Of a DNA stretch of 64,000 nucleotides, positions 1 through 12,830 are shown in pieces. The stretch comes from Euprymna scolopes (lineage: Eukaryota). How positions within the stretch are numbered: position 1 is the first letter of the stretch; each line of letters begins with the position of its first letter. The position numbers were made by a program, and so were the translations under genes. The notes under the pieces were generated by a model, which was not told where the DNA came from, searched no databases, and was given only the letters and a program-made list of their open reading frames with translations. Where the stretch lies: the NCBI GenBank assembly GCA_053919585.1, contig CM132798.1. One strand, 5' to 3'.

Positions 1-280
1 TTCTATTTATAAACAATGCTGCTAGGAACTGACGAATCAAAATTATTCACGTCCTGCTACCAACCAAGCAGAAACCAGAATTGCTTCATAAATATTAAAC
101 CTTTCTGTAGCAATTTCGCATATGTTGTTTTCCTGTCAACACGAGAAGAAATTTTGCTCTGTTGATTCCAACTCGAGAACTGTCTATGCAAACCAGGCAA
201 CTCTCAGGACTTGTGTAGAACAACCAACCATCTGAAATTGCTCTGAAATTAAACATGGCTTACACTTCTAGAAAAGACAT

Positions 281-313
<33 letters not shown>

Positions 314-870
314 TTAAGCCAGATCTTTATTTGAAATAGGAGTCAAAGACAATTGCTTCCGCCTTGTCAACTTTAGTGCAGACTACCAGATTCTTATGAC
401 ATACATTAACATTCAACTCCATACCAGATAAAGACTATCTGGTGGTAACCACGCTCTAAGCTCTTGCGCATATTGGACTACACTATCTGTCGCTTCAGAG
501 ACTTCAAAAGGTTATACACGCTCTATGCCAGGAGCAGAGGATTGTTTGTCTGACAAGTGATTATATTATTCCCAAAACGCTTCTGTATACAACGATCTAA
601 GGCAAATAATGTTAACGCACAACAGTTCCAAGCCCCAATGGCGGCAGAAGCGATGCAGAGCATATTGCCGCATCTAATAAATCTTACCAACAATGAATAT
701 CTGTCTCGCACCTTGAAACTATATGCAAATCTGTCATAGAAATGCGTGGCTATATAAAAAAAAACTCCCCAAAACTGGTTTTATGACAACAACTAGGAAA
801 TACCCTGTATAATCGACAACAAATGAAGAACAAATATTGTGCATTATAACAACAACACGGAACTACTATC
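1..870 (+). mobile_element. Highly decayed RLE-type (R4/Dong-like) non-LTR retrotransposon, C-terminal remnant
   Basis: Fragments read FKRLYTLYARSRGL (~501-543, cf. RLYxxRxxGGRGL) and AMQSILPHLINLTNNEYLSR (ORF 557-739, cf. ETxxHIxxxCxxLAxxEYxxRH). Many stops and frameshifts. Confidence 0.4.
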
Positions 871-1117
871 TATCAACTCAATACAAGATGTCTCAAAAAG
901 CTTCGTAACAAACAAAATCGCTTATGAGGAAGGAAACTAAGGGAACTTCAGCAGTGCAAAGACGCCCTGAATATTGGAAGCTATGTCTTTTGAGTCAAAG
1001 AGATATACCTTCTTGTCAGAGTGTGAAATTAATTAAATATGTTTACAAGTACATAAATAGGGCATCTAATGCTTTCTTTATAAAGATGTTAGTGCTGAAG
1101 TTAGGCGATATTAAGTC

Positions 1118-1168
<51 letters not shown>

Positions 1169-4100
1169 TAGCACAAGTGAAGCATTTTAGTATATTTTGG
1201 GGTGTTCATATTGATGACAGCAATCCCCAATCTTACTGCTTGCAGTCCATCCTAAAATTAGTTGGAGGTTTCATTTCACAAACAAATATATTGTCCAAGT
1301 CGTTCTTAAATCACAAATATACAAGTCTTTCAGCATTTTTAAATTGTAAACACGTGATCAGTTTGAAAAAACTTTTATTTATAATCAGTTTTAATCTTAT
1401 TACATATGATGCAACAACATATAGCACAGGGGAAAATGAGGTGTATATTGTGAGGGTCATTGAAGTGTAAAATTTTACCCTAAAATTAGAAGTGTTTATA
1501 CTGTGCACCCAAGTCTGACCCCCAAGATCGCCATGGGCATGGAATATGTGGCTACATTAAATATGGCTTCCCGTGTGGCAGGAATATCTCTAGAGAAGCT
1601 CCTAATTTACCATCTATGTGTTACTTGCTAATTTACCATCTATATGTTGCACTTGCTAACACCACTGCATTTACATTTGCCCTCTATCGGCCCCACAACA
1701 GCGGAGTTATTATCTTTAAGTGCATATCTGAGAAAATAGACCACATCCTGTCTGCACATCCCTCGGCTAACATCCATGTCTGTAGTGACTTCAACGTCCA
1801 TAACGTGGAATGGCTGACCCATTCAAATAAGACAGACGATGAGGGGAGGTTTGTCATGATTTTGCCATTGCTTATGACCTCAGATTGTTCGCGAACCCAC
1901 CCGTGTGCCCGATACTCCCGGTCAATATGCAAGCCTCGTAGACCTTTTTTTCTCAACTTCCCCTGAGCTATGTTCATGTTCCGTTCATTCTCTTCTAGGA
2001 TCCTTCGACCACTCCGTTCTATCAGTTAAGATAAAAACAAAATGTAATAAGTCCCCAAACGTACCCCTCCACCGTACTGTATACCGATACTCTATGGCTG
2101 ACTGGGATAACTTCCGTACATTCATATCTGATTTACCTCTGCACTCGATGTTTAAAAATGAAGTGGCCTCTATAGTATCAGATCTGATCGAATGGTTAAT
2201 TGTAGACATAGACAAATTCATACCACCTAAAAAATTCCAACAAAAACCTAACAGCCAGCCATGGTTCTCCCCAGAATGTGCTGCTGCACAGAAATCACTT
2301 TTCCCATAGCTACCAACGAAATAGATGCACTGAGACTATAGCTGCTTTCAGGTCTGCCAGCAACCACTGTAAAAGAGTAATAAAAAATGCAAGAGAGCTA
2401 TATGCCCAGTCTGTTAAATCCAAGGTAGCTGATCAGCGGCTTGGTTCCCACCAGTTTTGGCAAATAACAAATAGGATCCTGAACAAAAGTGTGTGTTCTA
2501 TCCCAACCATTATCAATGGACCAGAGGTCATCTCGTCAGCGTCAGACAGGGCCAAACTATTTGCAAAGAACTTTGCAGCTTATTCTACCCTATGCGACGA
2601 AGGCCATCAACTCCCCATATTTCCTCCTATAACACAGAACACGCTAGGTAACATACAAATATCCGTGCTTGAGGTCGCCACGCTAATCAAGAACCTTGAT
2701 TCCAGTAAAGCAACTGGCCCTGACGGCATCCCAATTATTGTGTTAAAAAGTTTCAACCAGAACTTGCTCCCATACTTACGAAACTGTTTAAGCGCTGCCT
2801 TAAAGAGAAGTGCCTTCAGACTCCCTGGAAACCTCATCAGTTTGACACGTATTTAAGAATTAATGTGATAAGTCATCTCCCTCTCAGTACAGACCAATAA
2901 GTCTCCTGTGCGTTATGAGTAAGTTTCTGGAATCCATATTAAATAGAGAAATGATAAACCACCTCAGCAGAAACAACCTTCTTAGTGACACACAATATGG
3001 TTTCCGCTACGCAAGATCTACCGCAAATGTGCTGACGGTTATATCTCACAGGATTAGTGAATCTCTTGACAAAGGCTTCCTTTCTAGGGCAATTTCTTTT
3101 GACATATCAAAGACCTTCGACAAGTTATGGCATAAGGGTCTACTTCACAAGATTTCCAGCTACGGTATCACTAGAAATGTTTTCTCAATCATTAATCATG
3201 TCTCTCCGATAGGATCATAAGAGTAGTAGTAGATGGACAAAAATCGAAGGGATGCATTATTAATGCTGGAGTCCCCCAGGGGTCAGTCCTGGGCCCTACT
3301 CTCTTCCTGATCTACATCAATGACCTCCCTATACACATACTTAAATCATTCGTTGACATCTATGCTGATGACACGACCATCTACGGCAACACATCAAAGG
3401 CTGTAAATGACAAGGTTCCCTCTGATTCTCTCTCCTCTGATCTCGAGCGTGTGGTTCAGTGGGGGGAGACGTGGTTGGTTACATTTAATGCATCTAAAAC
3501 AAAACTCCTATCCTTATATCATCAACGCTCTGATCCCCATCTGGCATCAATTGTTTCCAAGGTCGCTGGAAATATGGTGCGATCCTTCTACCGCTCCAGA
3601 AGATATCTCACTACTGATGCAATTCTCTATCTATATAAAAGCCAAGTACGGCCAAGGATAGAATACTGCTGCCATATCTGGGCAGGAGCTGCTAAAACAG
3701 TCTATCCTGCCTTGATAGAATACAAAATAGACTTCGTGGCTTAGTGGGGGATGCCCTTTTCATTACCGTGCAACCTCTCTCCCACAGAAGAGACGTTGCG
3801 AGCCTATCCTTGTTTTATCGTTATTTCCATGGCAGGTGCTCGTCTGAACTCAAATCTCTGGTTTCCCCCTCGCCAATCTTTCACGAAACATCCGTCTAGC
3901 TTAATCCACTGTGAAAATTTTCCCCACTCTTTATCTGTGCCTAAATCAAAACGTGGATTCTGTGAACAAAGCTTCTTTCTTAGAACTGCACGCCTGTGGA
4001 ACTCTGTTCCGTCTGTCTGCTTCCCACCTGACTGCAACTTGTATGTCCTCAAGTCCAACGTTAACAAATTCCTAATGCACCGCCGCATTAGTAAACACTT

Positions 4101-5549
4101 CCTCAAATCTCCCCACTTACGTAATGTACTTGCAATAACCCTTATCCCTGTGTGGCTTCCGGGCCTTGATAAGTGGTGACCACTGTGTGAAAAAAAAGTC
4201 AATGTTAATGTTTATTTTTTAAACTCTTTCCTCGTGAATTATAGGACGGACTTCATTTTCTTTCTACGAACTATTGATTGACAAATTAATTACATGAACG
4301 CCTGTTTGACTTAAAATTTGCACGAAAATGGCAATTACTGGGACAGAAGTATGGCTTATGCTACAGTGCCACACACATCTGTTACTTAAGAATCCTTTAT
4401 GCAATAATCTCAAAAACTGTGAAGTAAATAATCCATTAGCGCTATATCAGAAATAATAGGATTACTATAAATATTAGCAGTAACAGAGTTCTTTAGAGAG
4501 AAATAAGTTTAAGAGAAAAGGCATATAAGTTAACTTTGATTATTATTGAAGTCCACGTAATCGAAATGCGAGAGGAGGAGCTCTACACATTTGGATTCGC
4601 TGAATCTAATTTAAGTTAAGATATTTTGCAAGAACCTTCATATGATATTGATTCGCTGACCAGATTCATTAATGGAAACCTGCTGAAAATTTTGCTAAAC
4701 AAACAACACGCATATAGAACAATCATTGAGCACGTGTCCTGTAATCAAGGATTATAATATTTTTAGATGTACCAGTAGAACCTATGAAAATTATTGTAAC
4801 AAATATATTGCTGTAGAAAGTCAGACAGAGAAAAGATAGACTTAAATGTATCAAGTTCTGTAATTGCAAGGAATGTACTTTCTGGAGGTCGAACAGATAA
4901 CACGTCATTCACGTTTTTTTAGTACAACTGAAAAACCTGTTTGCAGTATAAGTACAAATTCTGGTATTGCTGAAGTTCTGATCAGGTGTTCTTTATCATG
5001 TGGTACAAAGTTACAATAACTCATGAAAATCTCTAAAAGCTGTAAAAAGTACACTGCAGTATTTGCGTAATTCCAACTATTTGATAGGAGATCTAACTGT
5101 AGTGATTTTAGGTAAACTATGTCAGTTAATTCCAGGAAAACTTAAGCAGATAAATTGAACCCATGTTTGAAATCGTCTGCACTGTGGGACCATGTCAAAC
5201 ATTAAAAAACTTCTGCGAAAATGAGGGCATATTTACCTGGAGATTTTCTGTCTGGACGATTTGCTTATACCCTCTCTAGACTTGGAGAAAACAAAACTGA
5301 ATATAAATCGGAAAGGTTAAATGAATTCATCAGAAACTCCCACCTTTGTAAATTAAGTTGAGGAACTAATTAAAAAAATACTTTTTCGTTATTAATTTAA
5401 AATGTTACAAGTAAGATACATAAAAGAGAAATTATGACCCACCACCCAAATTTCCATCATAACCTTTACACCCGCTTCCATATCATCATAAAACAGAGTC
5501 TATTTTTAAAGGTTCTTTTTGATCTCAGTCAACGACGGGCCTTCTGCTA

Positions 5550-5550
<1 letters not shown>
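870..5550 (+). mobile_element. Decayed Helitron (RepHel pseudogene), split by a LINE insertion and a (TA)n tract
   Basis: Rep motif-3-like CQSVKLIKYVYKYINRASN (~1013-1070). IRSVYTVHP (~1485-1510) resumes after the LINE with a GPTSF..LRT-like linker (~4200-4460). PIF1-like motifs: IIFLDVP (cf. FLDAPGGTGK, ~4751), LSGGRT (~4878-4896), CLKSSALWDHVK (~5164-5200). The 3' terminus caacgacgggccttctgCTAG (5547-5550) is followed by T. Confidence 0.85.
1516..4195 (+). mobile_element. 5'-truncated CR1-group (CR1/L2/Daphne-like) LINE with decayed APE endonuclease + reverse transcriptase ORF2
   Basis: APE motifs LYRPHNS, HVCSDFNVHNVEWL and DH. RT motifs KATGPDGIP, YRPISLL, QYGFR, DISKTFDKLWH, GVPQGSVLGPTLFLIYINDL, YADD, then YKSQVRPRIEYCCHIW and RTARLWNSVP. 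Short A tail (4190-4197). TSD AAGTC at 1511-1515 and 4196-4200. Multiple frameshifts. Confidence 0.95.
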
Positions 5551-5613
<63 letters not shown>

Positions 5614-5628
5614 AGAGAGAGAGAGAGA
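5551..5628. repeat. (TA)n(GA)n microsatellite, representative of ~20 long (TA)n tracts in the window
   Basis: Other tracts at ~1120, 18777, 19625, 20595, 25418, 27159, 41735, 45693, 50673, 50917, 52606, 54027, 55381, 57328, 57787, 58095 and 62914. Confidence 0.97.
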
Positions 5629-7382
5629 AGGAGTGTCAGAGATGTGTAACGATATAAATACATATGTGGCAAAGCTTGGTGCAATACTAAGTAGATTTAA
5701 TCCACATGCGACTTAATGCAAAGCCTCTCGCCACACTGAAACCAACAATATCAAGGTCTAACTTTTAAACACGTCTCCTTACCTCTTCTCGCTGTCTCTG
5801 TCACATCCTCATCTGTATATAAGCATTTGATATTTCTTCTGTGGGTGTGATTGAGACCATAGCAATCAATCACGCACGAAACACGATCCAAATTTTCAAG
5901 GTAGTCAACGTAATTATGTTTTGCACGTGTTATGACAAAATACTGTTACTCATCTCGCCACTGCCTTTAGATTGCTGTCTGTGTTGGCGGGTTTAAAGTG
6001 AAACAATTATATTGTATGTACAATAAACATTTGTTTAATATTGTAAATATCAAATGATGTGGATTAAACTTTTTAGTTGCCTTTTATCATATTGAGTAGC
6101 ACCAATTTCATTAAATAGATGTGAAGACATAATTTTATTTCTTTTTTTCATCCATTTATTATAATTACCGAACCAGCAATTTTTGTACTGTATCCGTGCT
6201 GATCAGAACTTGCACAATGTGCAATTACTTTCGCATTGAACATATTCTCATTATGAAGCTTATGTCTCTGTACAAATAGAAATTTGACAATTTGAAAGAA
6301 CACTCGTTTAAGAAAAACATTTTATAAATAGTTCATATTTGTGATGCCCTTTCGTATTCGGCGACATTGATAGTAAGTTTATGATCATAAATACATGTTG
6401 CTTTAATTATAAGAAAACGCCAGCTACGGATTGAGAGACACTATAACTCTTTTAGTTGATTATATCACGGATTTATTTAAAACAACGTTATTTCAACGTT
6501 TCTGGATTATTGTAATAACATTATTTCGTTAATTTGCATTTACTCTCTTTATTTACATCAAATTTTATACGTTAAGAATTTTTAGCATGATTATTCTGGT
6601 CAATTCAATTCAAGTTTTTCATATCAATCCGGAAATTTCTATAACGATGTAAAAAAAAACAGTACCTGTTAGTGAGAGTTATAACATATATCGATAGTCA
6701 GCGCCATACAAAGATCTTCAAACAGCTCTAATGTATGGAACATTAAATAAGCTTCAAAAGGTGACAAGCCTATAAAATCGTATACACGTTTAATGTAGCC
6801 AAAGCTAATAACTATTCGTTTCACGTGCTCTCTACCCTTAAGACTGTCCTCTCATGCTGGTTTTATGTGACATTTTGGGCCATTTTTACCTTATCAACAC
6901 GATATCGATGGTTTTATCTGATCGTCAAATTTTAGCATAAATGGATGTAAAATTTGAGATGAAACGAATACTGTTATATCTGAGCCGAGATTATCCAATC
7001 CATATTGGAATCAAAGAAAACAACAAAATGAAACGTGCAGAAAATATGTATATAAACGACGGTGCGTTCACATAAATGCATTCATGAAAGTATATTTTGA
7101 TTATCTAATTTACTTTTGTTTTTATTTATGTTAACTTTATAAATGGATGCAACCGCAATTTCNNNNNNNNNNNNNNNNNNNNNNNNNNNNNNNNNNNNNN
7201 NNNNNNNNNNNNNNNNNNNNNNNNNNNNNNNNNNNNNNNNNNNNNNNNNNNNNNNNNNNNNNNNNNNNNNNNNNNNNNNNNNNNNNNNNNNNNNNNNNNN
7301 NNNNNNNNNNNNNNNNNNNNNNNNNNNNNNNNNNNNNNNNNNNNNNNNNNNNNNNNNNNNNNNNNNNNNNNNNNNNNNNNNN

Positions 7383-7500
7383 TTAAACACGTCTGATTGA
7401 ACACAGCGAAGCTATACCTTTTCCCGATCGTTCTGGAAATGTTTTCCGTTTGTTGAGCGGTCTTTTTTAAATTCGCAGTCATATTATATAGAATGACGCG
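7383..7500 (-). mobile_element. Penelope-like element ORF N-terminal fragment, related to the 10150-11300 copy
   Basis: Clear nucleotide similarity to ~11170-11290 (shared ccgatcgttctggaaat...gagcggtctttt). Translates as ENISRTIGKRYSFAVFNQTCL and runs into a gap. Confidence 0.65.
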
Positions 7501-7589
7501 TAAAAGTAGTTGTACGGCAAAAAATTCTTACGTAGGGTGGGTAATGTACAACGCATATTTAAAATCATTACCATAAGTTTATGTTGTGC

Positions 7590-8630
7590 TTAATGTTCGG
7601 TATGTCACAGGTAAGAGTGTGTTTGTTTTTTCATCATCAGAGTCATCAGAGTGCTATAGTTAAGAAGCACCTGATTTTTTATATGAATTTTATACTACTC
7701 GAATATATTACATGATTTTCGATTTTGATAACTTATGTACGTCACAGATAAAAATGTCTTTGCTTTTCATATGGGTACTTAAATTAATAAGTACCTTATT
7801 TCCTGAGTAGGATACTGTAGAAGTACTATCTTTTTAAATTTAAAAATGTAAAAACTCGACACTGTTAATTAATTTTCTGTTGCGCTAAATGTTCTGTGCG
7901 TCTAGAGTAAGAATTTTTTTGTGAAGAATCACCGTATTTCTCATTTAAAGCTCATTCTATTTGAATATATGAAGTGATTTGGGTTTTTAATGACGTTTTC
8001 CCCGTCACAGGTACGATTTGTTTGTTGTTCATCAGTACTATATTACACAAGTACCTTATTTCTTGGGTAGGACAATTTGCAAGTACCTTATTTATAATAT
8101 ATAGATGAAACCACTCGATGACTTTACATAATCTTTTCTATTGCGAACTTTTCCGTACGTCATAGTTGAGAGTTTTCTTATAATAGAATGTTATGATAAA
8201 GAAGCACCTTCTTTCTTATATAAATGTCATACTATGCGAATATATTATATAATTTTCGGTTTGGATTACTTTTATGTCCGCCACAGGTAAGATTTTCTTT
8301 GTTTTTCATATGGGTACTATACTGTACAAGTACCTTTTTTCTAGGTTAGGATACTGTAAAGTACCTTTTTTATGTAAAAATTAAAGAACTCGATACGTTC
8401 CCAGTACGTTTATGTAATTTTCTGCTGCGTTACATTTTCTGTACGCCAGGGATAAGAATTTGTTTATTTCGTTATCTGTCTACTATGGTACCTTATGTCT
8501 CATATGTAAGTCATACTACTCAAATATTAAACGGTTTCAATAACGTTCATGTATGTCGCATGTCATATTTTCTTTGTTTTTTCATGAGTACTATACTACA
8601 CAAGCACTTTATTCCTTTCATAGAATTTCT
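7590..8630. repeat. Degenerate tandem array, ~130-160 bp units
   Basis: Recurring gtcacagg/gccacagg...gttttcat...gtactat...aag(t/c)acctt blocks at ~7604, 7741, 8005, 8159, 8280 and 8445. Confidence 0.75.
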
Positions 8631-8699
8631 TGTACACGCACATACATTAAAAAGTGATCATTGCATGCGGTTTTGGGAATATTACTGGTCAAATATGCA

Positions 8700-9590
8700 A
8701 ACATATATAATGCATTAAATTTATAATGCTCAGTTAATTAGTATAGGAATAAATCAAATACATACAAATATATAAGTATATACGTATACCAAGCATTCAC
8801 ATTGATCGGTTATTTAGTTTAGGAGTGAATCCATAGAAATATATACACATATAAACATAATTATAGTGCTCAATGATCGGTGAATTAGCCTAGAAGTGAA
8901 TAGATTACATACAAATGTATAAACACATACACATAATTAAAATTAATAATGATCGGTTTATTAGTTTAGAAGTGATTTTCCAATAGATAACATTATATAT
9001 ATACACATATTTAAAATTTATAATGGTTGGTTAATTAGTTTAGGAGTGGATCTAATAATAAAAATATATAAACATATACACATGATTAAAATTCAGAATG
9101 ATAAGTTAATTAGTTTAGGAGTGGATCTAATACATACAAATATATAAACATATACACATGATTAAAATTAATAAGGATCGGTTAATAAATTTAGGAATGA
9201 TTTCAATACATAAAAATATAAATACATATACACACAATTAAAATTCATGATGATCGGTTTATTAGTTTAGGAGTGAATTCAATACATACAAATATATACA
9301 TATATACACATAATTAAAATTCATAATGATTTATCAATTAGTTTAGGAGTGGATCCAATACATATAAATATATAACCATATACACATAATTAAAATTCAT
9401 AATGATCGGTTAATTAGTTAGAGAGTGGATCCAATACATACAAATGTATAATCATATAAACATATTTAAAATTCATAATTATCTGTTAATTAGTTTAGGA
9501 GTGAATCCAGGGCATAGAAATATATAACCATATACACATAATTAATAGTATTAATGATCGATTAATTAGCTCAGGAGTAAATCCAATACA
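8700..9590. repeat. Minisatellite, ~75-76 bp unit, ~12 copies
   Basis: Core gatcggttaattagtttaggagtggatccaatacatacaaatatataa recurs, with aggagtg-like anchors at ~8821, 8892, 8968, 9042, 9117, 9193, 9269, 9345, 9421, 9497 and 9573. Confidence 0.92.
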
Positions 9591-9599
9591 AATGTCATT

Positions 9600-10148
9600 A
9601 CTTGATCTTCTTACGTGATTTTTGAAATGTAACAAATAAGCTGATATATCATATATAGATTTGAATATGCTATTTTCGTTACTAAAGAAAAAGAAAATTC
9701 CTCTGTATTTGTTAATTAAAGTGTTATTGTGTGTTCATTATATGACATCGAAAAATCAAGAATATCGGAATGTAAAAAAAAAAACAAAGAAAAGAAATGA
9801 TAGGGATCGAAACCGCACAAAGTCTGCTAGAAATCGGCCACATTGGCCGTTGCAACAAACGGACAATCGTTTCAAAGCGTTGTGAAATATCTTCATAAAT
9901 ACATTTCTTTTTTACTCGATGTAACGCATGCGCATATAGACGTCATTGTGCTATACGCGTCAAGGTGTTATTGCTTTCAAGTTTGAACTCTTTTTTGAAG
10001 CCCTTAGCAATTATCTTAATCGATGAAATGCCGCTAATAAAATTCTACACCAAAAATGCAATCTTTTCAGCTATTGCACATCCGTATAGGAGGAGATACA
10101 GGTTGTAAAACAGACAGACACACACCCACAGACATAGATATATAAGAT
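9600..10148 (-). mobile_element. Non-autonomous Helitron/HINE-like element end with a tRNA-like module
   Basis: Ends in ...ccgtataggaggagata...acagacagacacacac...tatataagat (minus-strand ATCT start). B-box-like GGTTTCGATCCC on the minus strand at ~9802-9813. Confidence 0.5.
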
Positions 10149-10149
10149 T

Positions 10150-11300
10150 AATTTAGGTTCATGTAAGTTATTAAATACTGTTCGTATTTTTTCCCGGTGT
10201 TAAATGTGATCCGTTTTAAAAAGAGATGCACTTTTTGTTTTTAATTGTTTTAGCGATATTATATACAGGGGTGGGGATTTGAGAGATTATAGGTTTTAGT
10301 AGGTATCGTATTTTGTGAGTTTTTATTTTCCCGCATATTTAGCCCAGTTTATATCCTCTATTACAATTTTATTGTTTCAATTTCGTGCGTTGTTTGCTGA
10401 TATAATTTGGTTAATTGTTTTTTTAGTTGTTTCATGGGATTTTTTGTGAGTCGTTTAAATTTGGTTTTCGCACAGAAGAATGTATATTTTCCGATGGTGG
10501 TCATTTTTTGTTTAAGATCGTGTACATATTGTATTTGTCGGCTATTCGTATAGTGGTGTCGGTGTTGTTTTAAATTTATTTGGCTGTTTCTTTTAGTTTG
10601 GGGGTTAGCAGGAGGCTAAGTTGTCGGCGATTGTATCGATTTTTATATCGTTCTCCTTTTAAGAGATCTTTGGGTTTGTGGTGTGTGGACATTTTGTTTT
10701 GTTTTTTTTAGATCTTGAATTTTTTGGTAGATTTCGATTTCGCACTGTTTAACGTTTTGGTCGTAATTTTTCGAGAGGTGGAAGTTGGAGGCAAGGTTAA
10801 GGAATTGCTTTGTTGTTCGCTAAGTGTTGTGTTCGATAAGGTTAGCTAGTTTTCTTGGGTTGGGAAGGAAGATCTGTCCTGTGTATAGTCGGTTCAGTTT
10901 TTGTCGAAGTTTTATTTTGTGTGTTTAAGTTAGACATCATAGGAGCAGTCGGGATTGTGCTAAGGATGCTTTGTAACTGAGTTTCAGTTGTACTTTCTTT
11001 GAGTCGTAGTTTAATTGTTTGAATTTCTTAATTATGTGTTTGGATAGCCTCGTTGGGGGGTGATATTTGCTTCGGATCAGGTGTTTCTTGAATTCGTTAG
11101 TAAATGTTTCAGTGTGCAATGCTGGATCGTGTAGTTTTATATTTGTATATTTTGGCAGCAACTCATTATTTAAACACGTTTGATTAGACATGACGAGGTT
11201 ATTCTTTTTTCCGATCGTTCTGGAAATCTTTTCTATTTGCAGAGCGGTCTTTTAAAATTCGGCAGGCATAGTAGATAGAATGGCGCCCCAAAACTGGTGA
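10150..11300 (-). mobile_element. Decayed Penelope-like retroelement (N-terminus to start of RT)
   Basis: ORF 10937-11191 NQTCLNNELLPKYTNIKLHDP is a typical PLE N-terminus. The minus strand at ~10250-10350 reads GKIKTHK..LKPIISQIPTPVYNIAK (cf. PKTHK..PLRPIISQIPTPTY.LAK). Confidence 0.85.
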
Positions 11301-12025
11301 CCGGCCATATTTTTTCTCAAGAGCGTTCTGTCGTGCAGGCGATTATCGTCATTGTTGTTGTTTCTTTTTCTTTTCTTTTCTTTTGAGGCTTCGTGGATTT
11401 ATAATTTTTTAATTGGGGATAAAGGTGGGTGCAGAAGGGTTGGGGCGAATTATTTTTATTTTATTTTTATTTTTTGTTTCGATCTTCCTATTTTATATTT
11501 TATTAATTTAGTTCCATGTTAGTAATTAAATATATAAATATTAAATATATGATATATATATATATAAATAAACATATATAAACATAATATATACATGTAA
11601 ATATTAAGAAAATACAAAATATAAATATAAAAATTATGACAACCTGCAAATGTAGAAATAAAAACGCATGCTTTACAGCTTCCTGTAAAAGTAAAAGAGT
11701 AATTTAAAGATGCACAGTAACAAAATCGCATAGATATATTCTAATAATAACAACGACAGAGAATAAAACGAGCACACAATAAAATAACATCCTCGTGAAC
11801 CCAGCAAACAACTTAGTTAAACTAAACGTCTTGCATGACAATACCACTAATTATAAAACTAAAAGCCATTTTAATCTATTAAAAAAAATGCAATATATAT
11901 TAGATCTACTTCTGGACACGTATAACCCAGAAACTCAACACATAAACATTTTTTCAGAAAATATCCTTAAGAAACCAAACAGCATTAACAAGAAATATGT
12001 GGCACCTCAAAATATGAAATCCTCA

Positions 12026-12110
12026 AAGAGCCTAGTTTTTTTTTTCCATTTTATATTAAGGAGGATATAAAAGAGCCTAGTTTTCTCCATTTTATATTAA
12101 GGGGGATATA
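12026..12110. repeat. Short direct tandem duplication (~45 bp)
   Basis: aagagcctagtttt..ccattttatattaagg.ggatataa occurs twice. Confidence 0.85.
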
Positions 12111-12762
12111 ACCCCGGTGAACAATTCTGCACTTTTCGTAGATTTGAATTCCGTGGCTATATTGCAATTCACTTTCAATAAGTAAACGTGTTCTAACCAA
12201 AAAGATGAAATATTATCAGGATGCATACATAGACAATTGATGATTTTTCACGGATANNNNNNNNNNNNNNNNNNNNNNNNNNNNNNNNNNNNNNNNNNNN
12301 NNNNNNNNNNNNNNNNNNNNNNNNNNNNNNNNNNNNNNNNNNNNNNNNNNNNNNNNNNNNNNNNNNNNNNNNNNNNNNNNNNNNNNNNNNNNNNNNNNNN
12401 NNNNNNNNNNNNNNNNNNNNNNNNNNNNNNNNNNNNNNNNNNNNNNNNNNNNNNNATTATTACTAATATTAGTATCACTATTATTATTATTTGTGTTATT
12501 ATTTTATTATAATTATGTTATATATATATTATTATTATTATTATTAATATGAGTATTTGTATTATCCAACATCACAAAAATAAATAATTTATTCTTAAAA
12601 TAATTACACATATATAATATATCAATTCTTAATACTAAATTTAAAATTTAAACAGTTATCTCTCTTAGATTATTAAACTCTTTTCGTTTTTTAATAAAAT
12701 TTATTTTTCTTGCATTTTAAAATTAGCGTCCACTACTTAGACAGTTAGATATTGTTTATCAA

Positions 12763-12830
12763 TATACAAGGTGCCTTCAATAAGTTTCCAGACTTTTTGA
12801 CAAGTATTTTAAATTGTTCGAGACTCTTTA
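12763..12830 (+). mobile_element. Mariner-like terminal inverted repeat fragment
   Basis: TAtacaaggtgccttcaataagtttccagacttttt resembles mariner TIR ends (TA-CgnGGTG...AATAAGTTTCC). No partner TIR found. Confidence 0.35.

Noticed and set aside
7082-7400. ORFs containing X runs at all 13 N gaps; the idea that the gaps are masked exons
   Set aside because: They are open only because N has no stop codons. Gap flanks do not consistently show AG/GT splice signals, and several abut simple repeats as expected for assembly gaps.
8700-9590. CRISPR-like or telomeric array
   Set aside because: Whole units are homologous with no unique spacers, the context is eukaryotic, and TTAGG occurs once per unit rather than in tandem.
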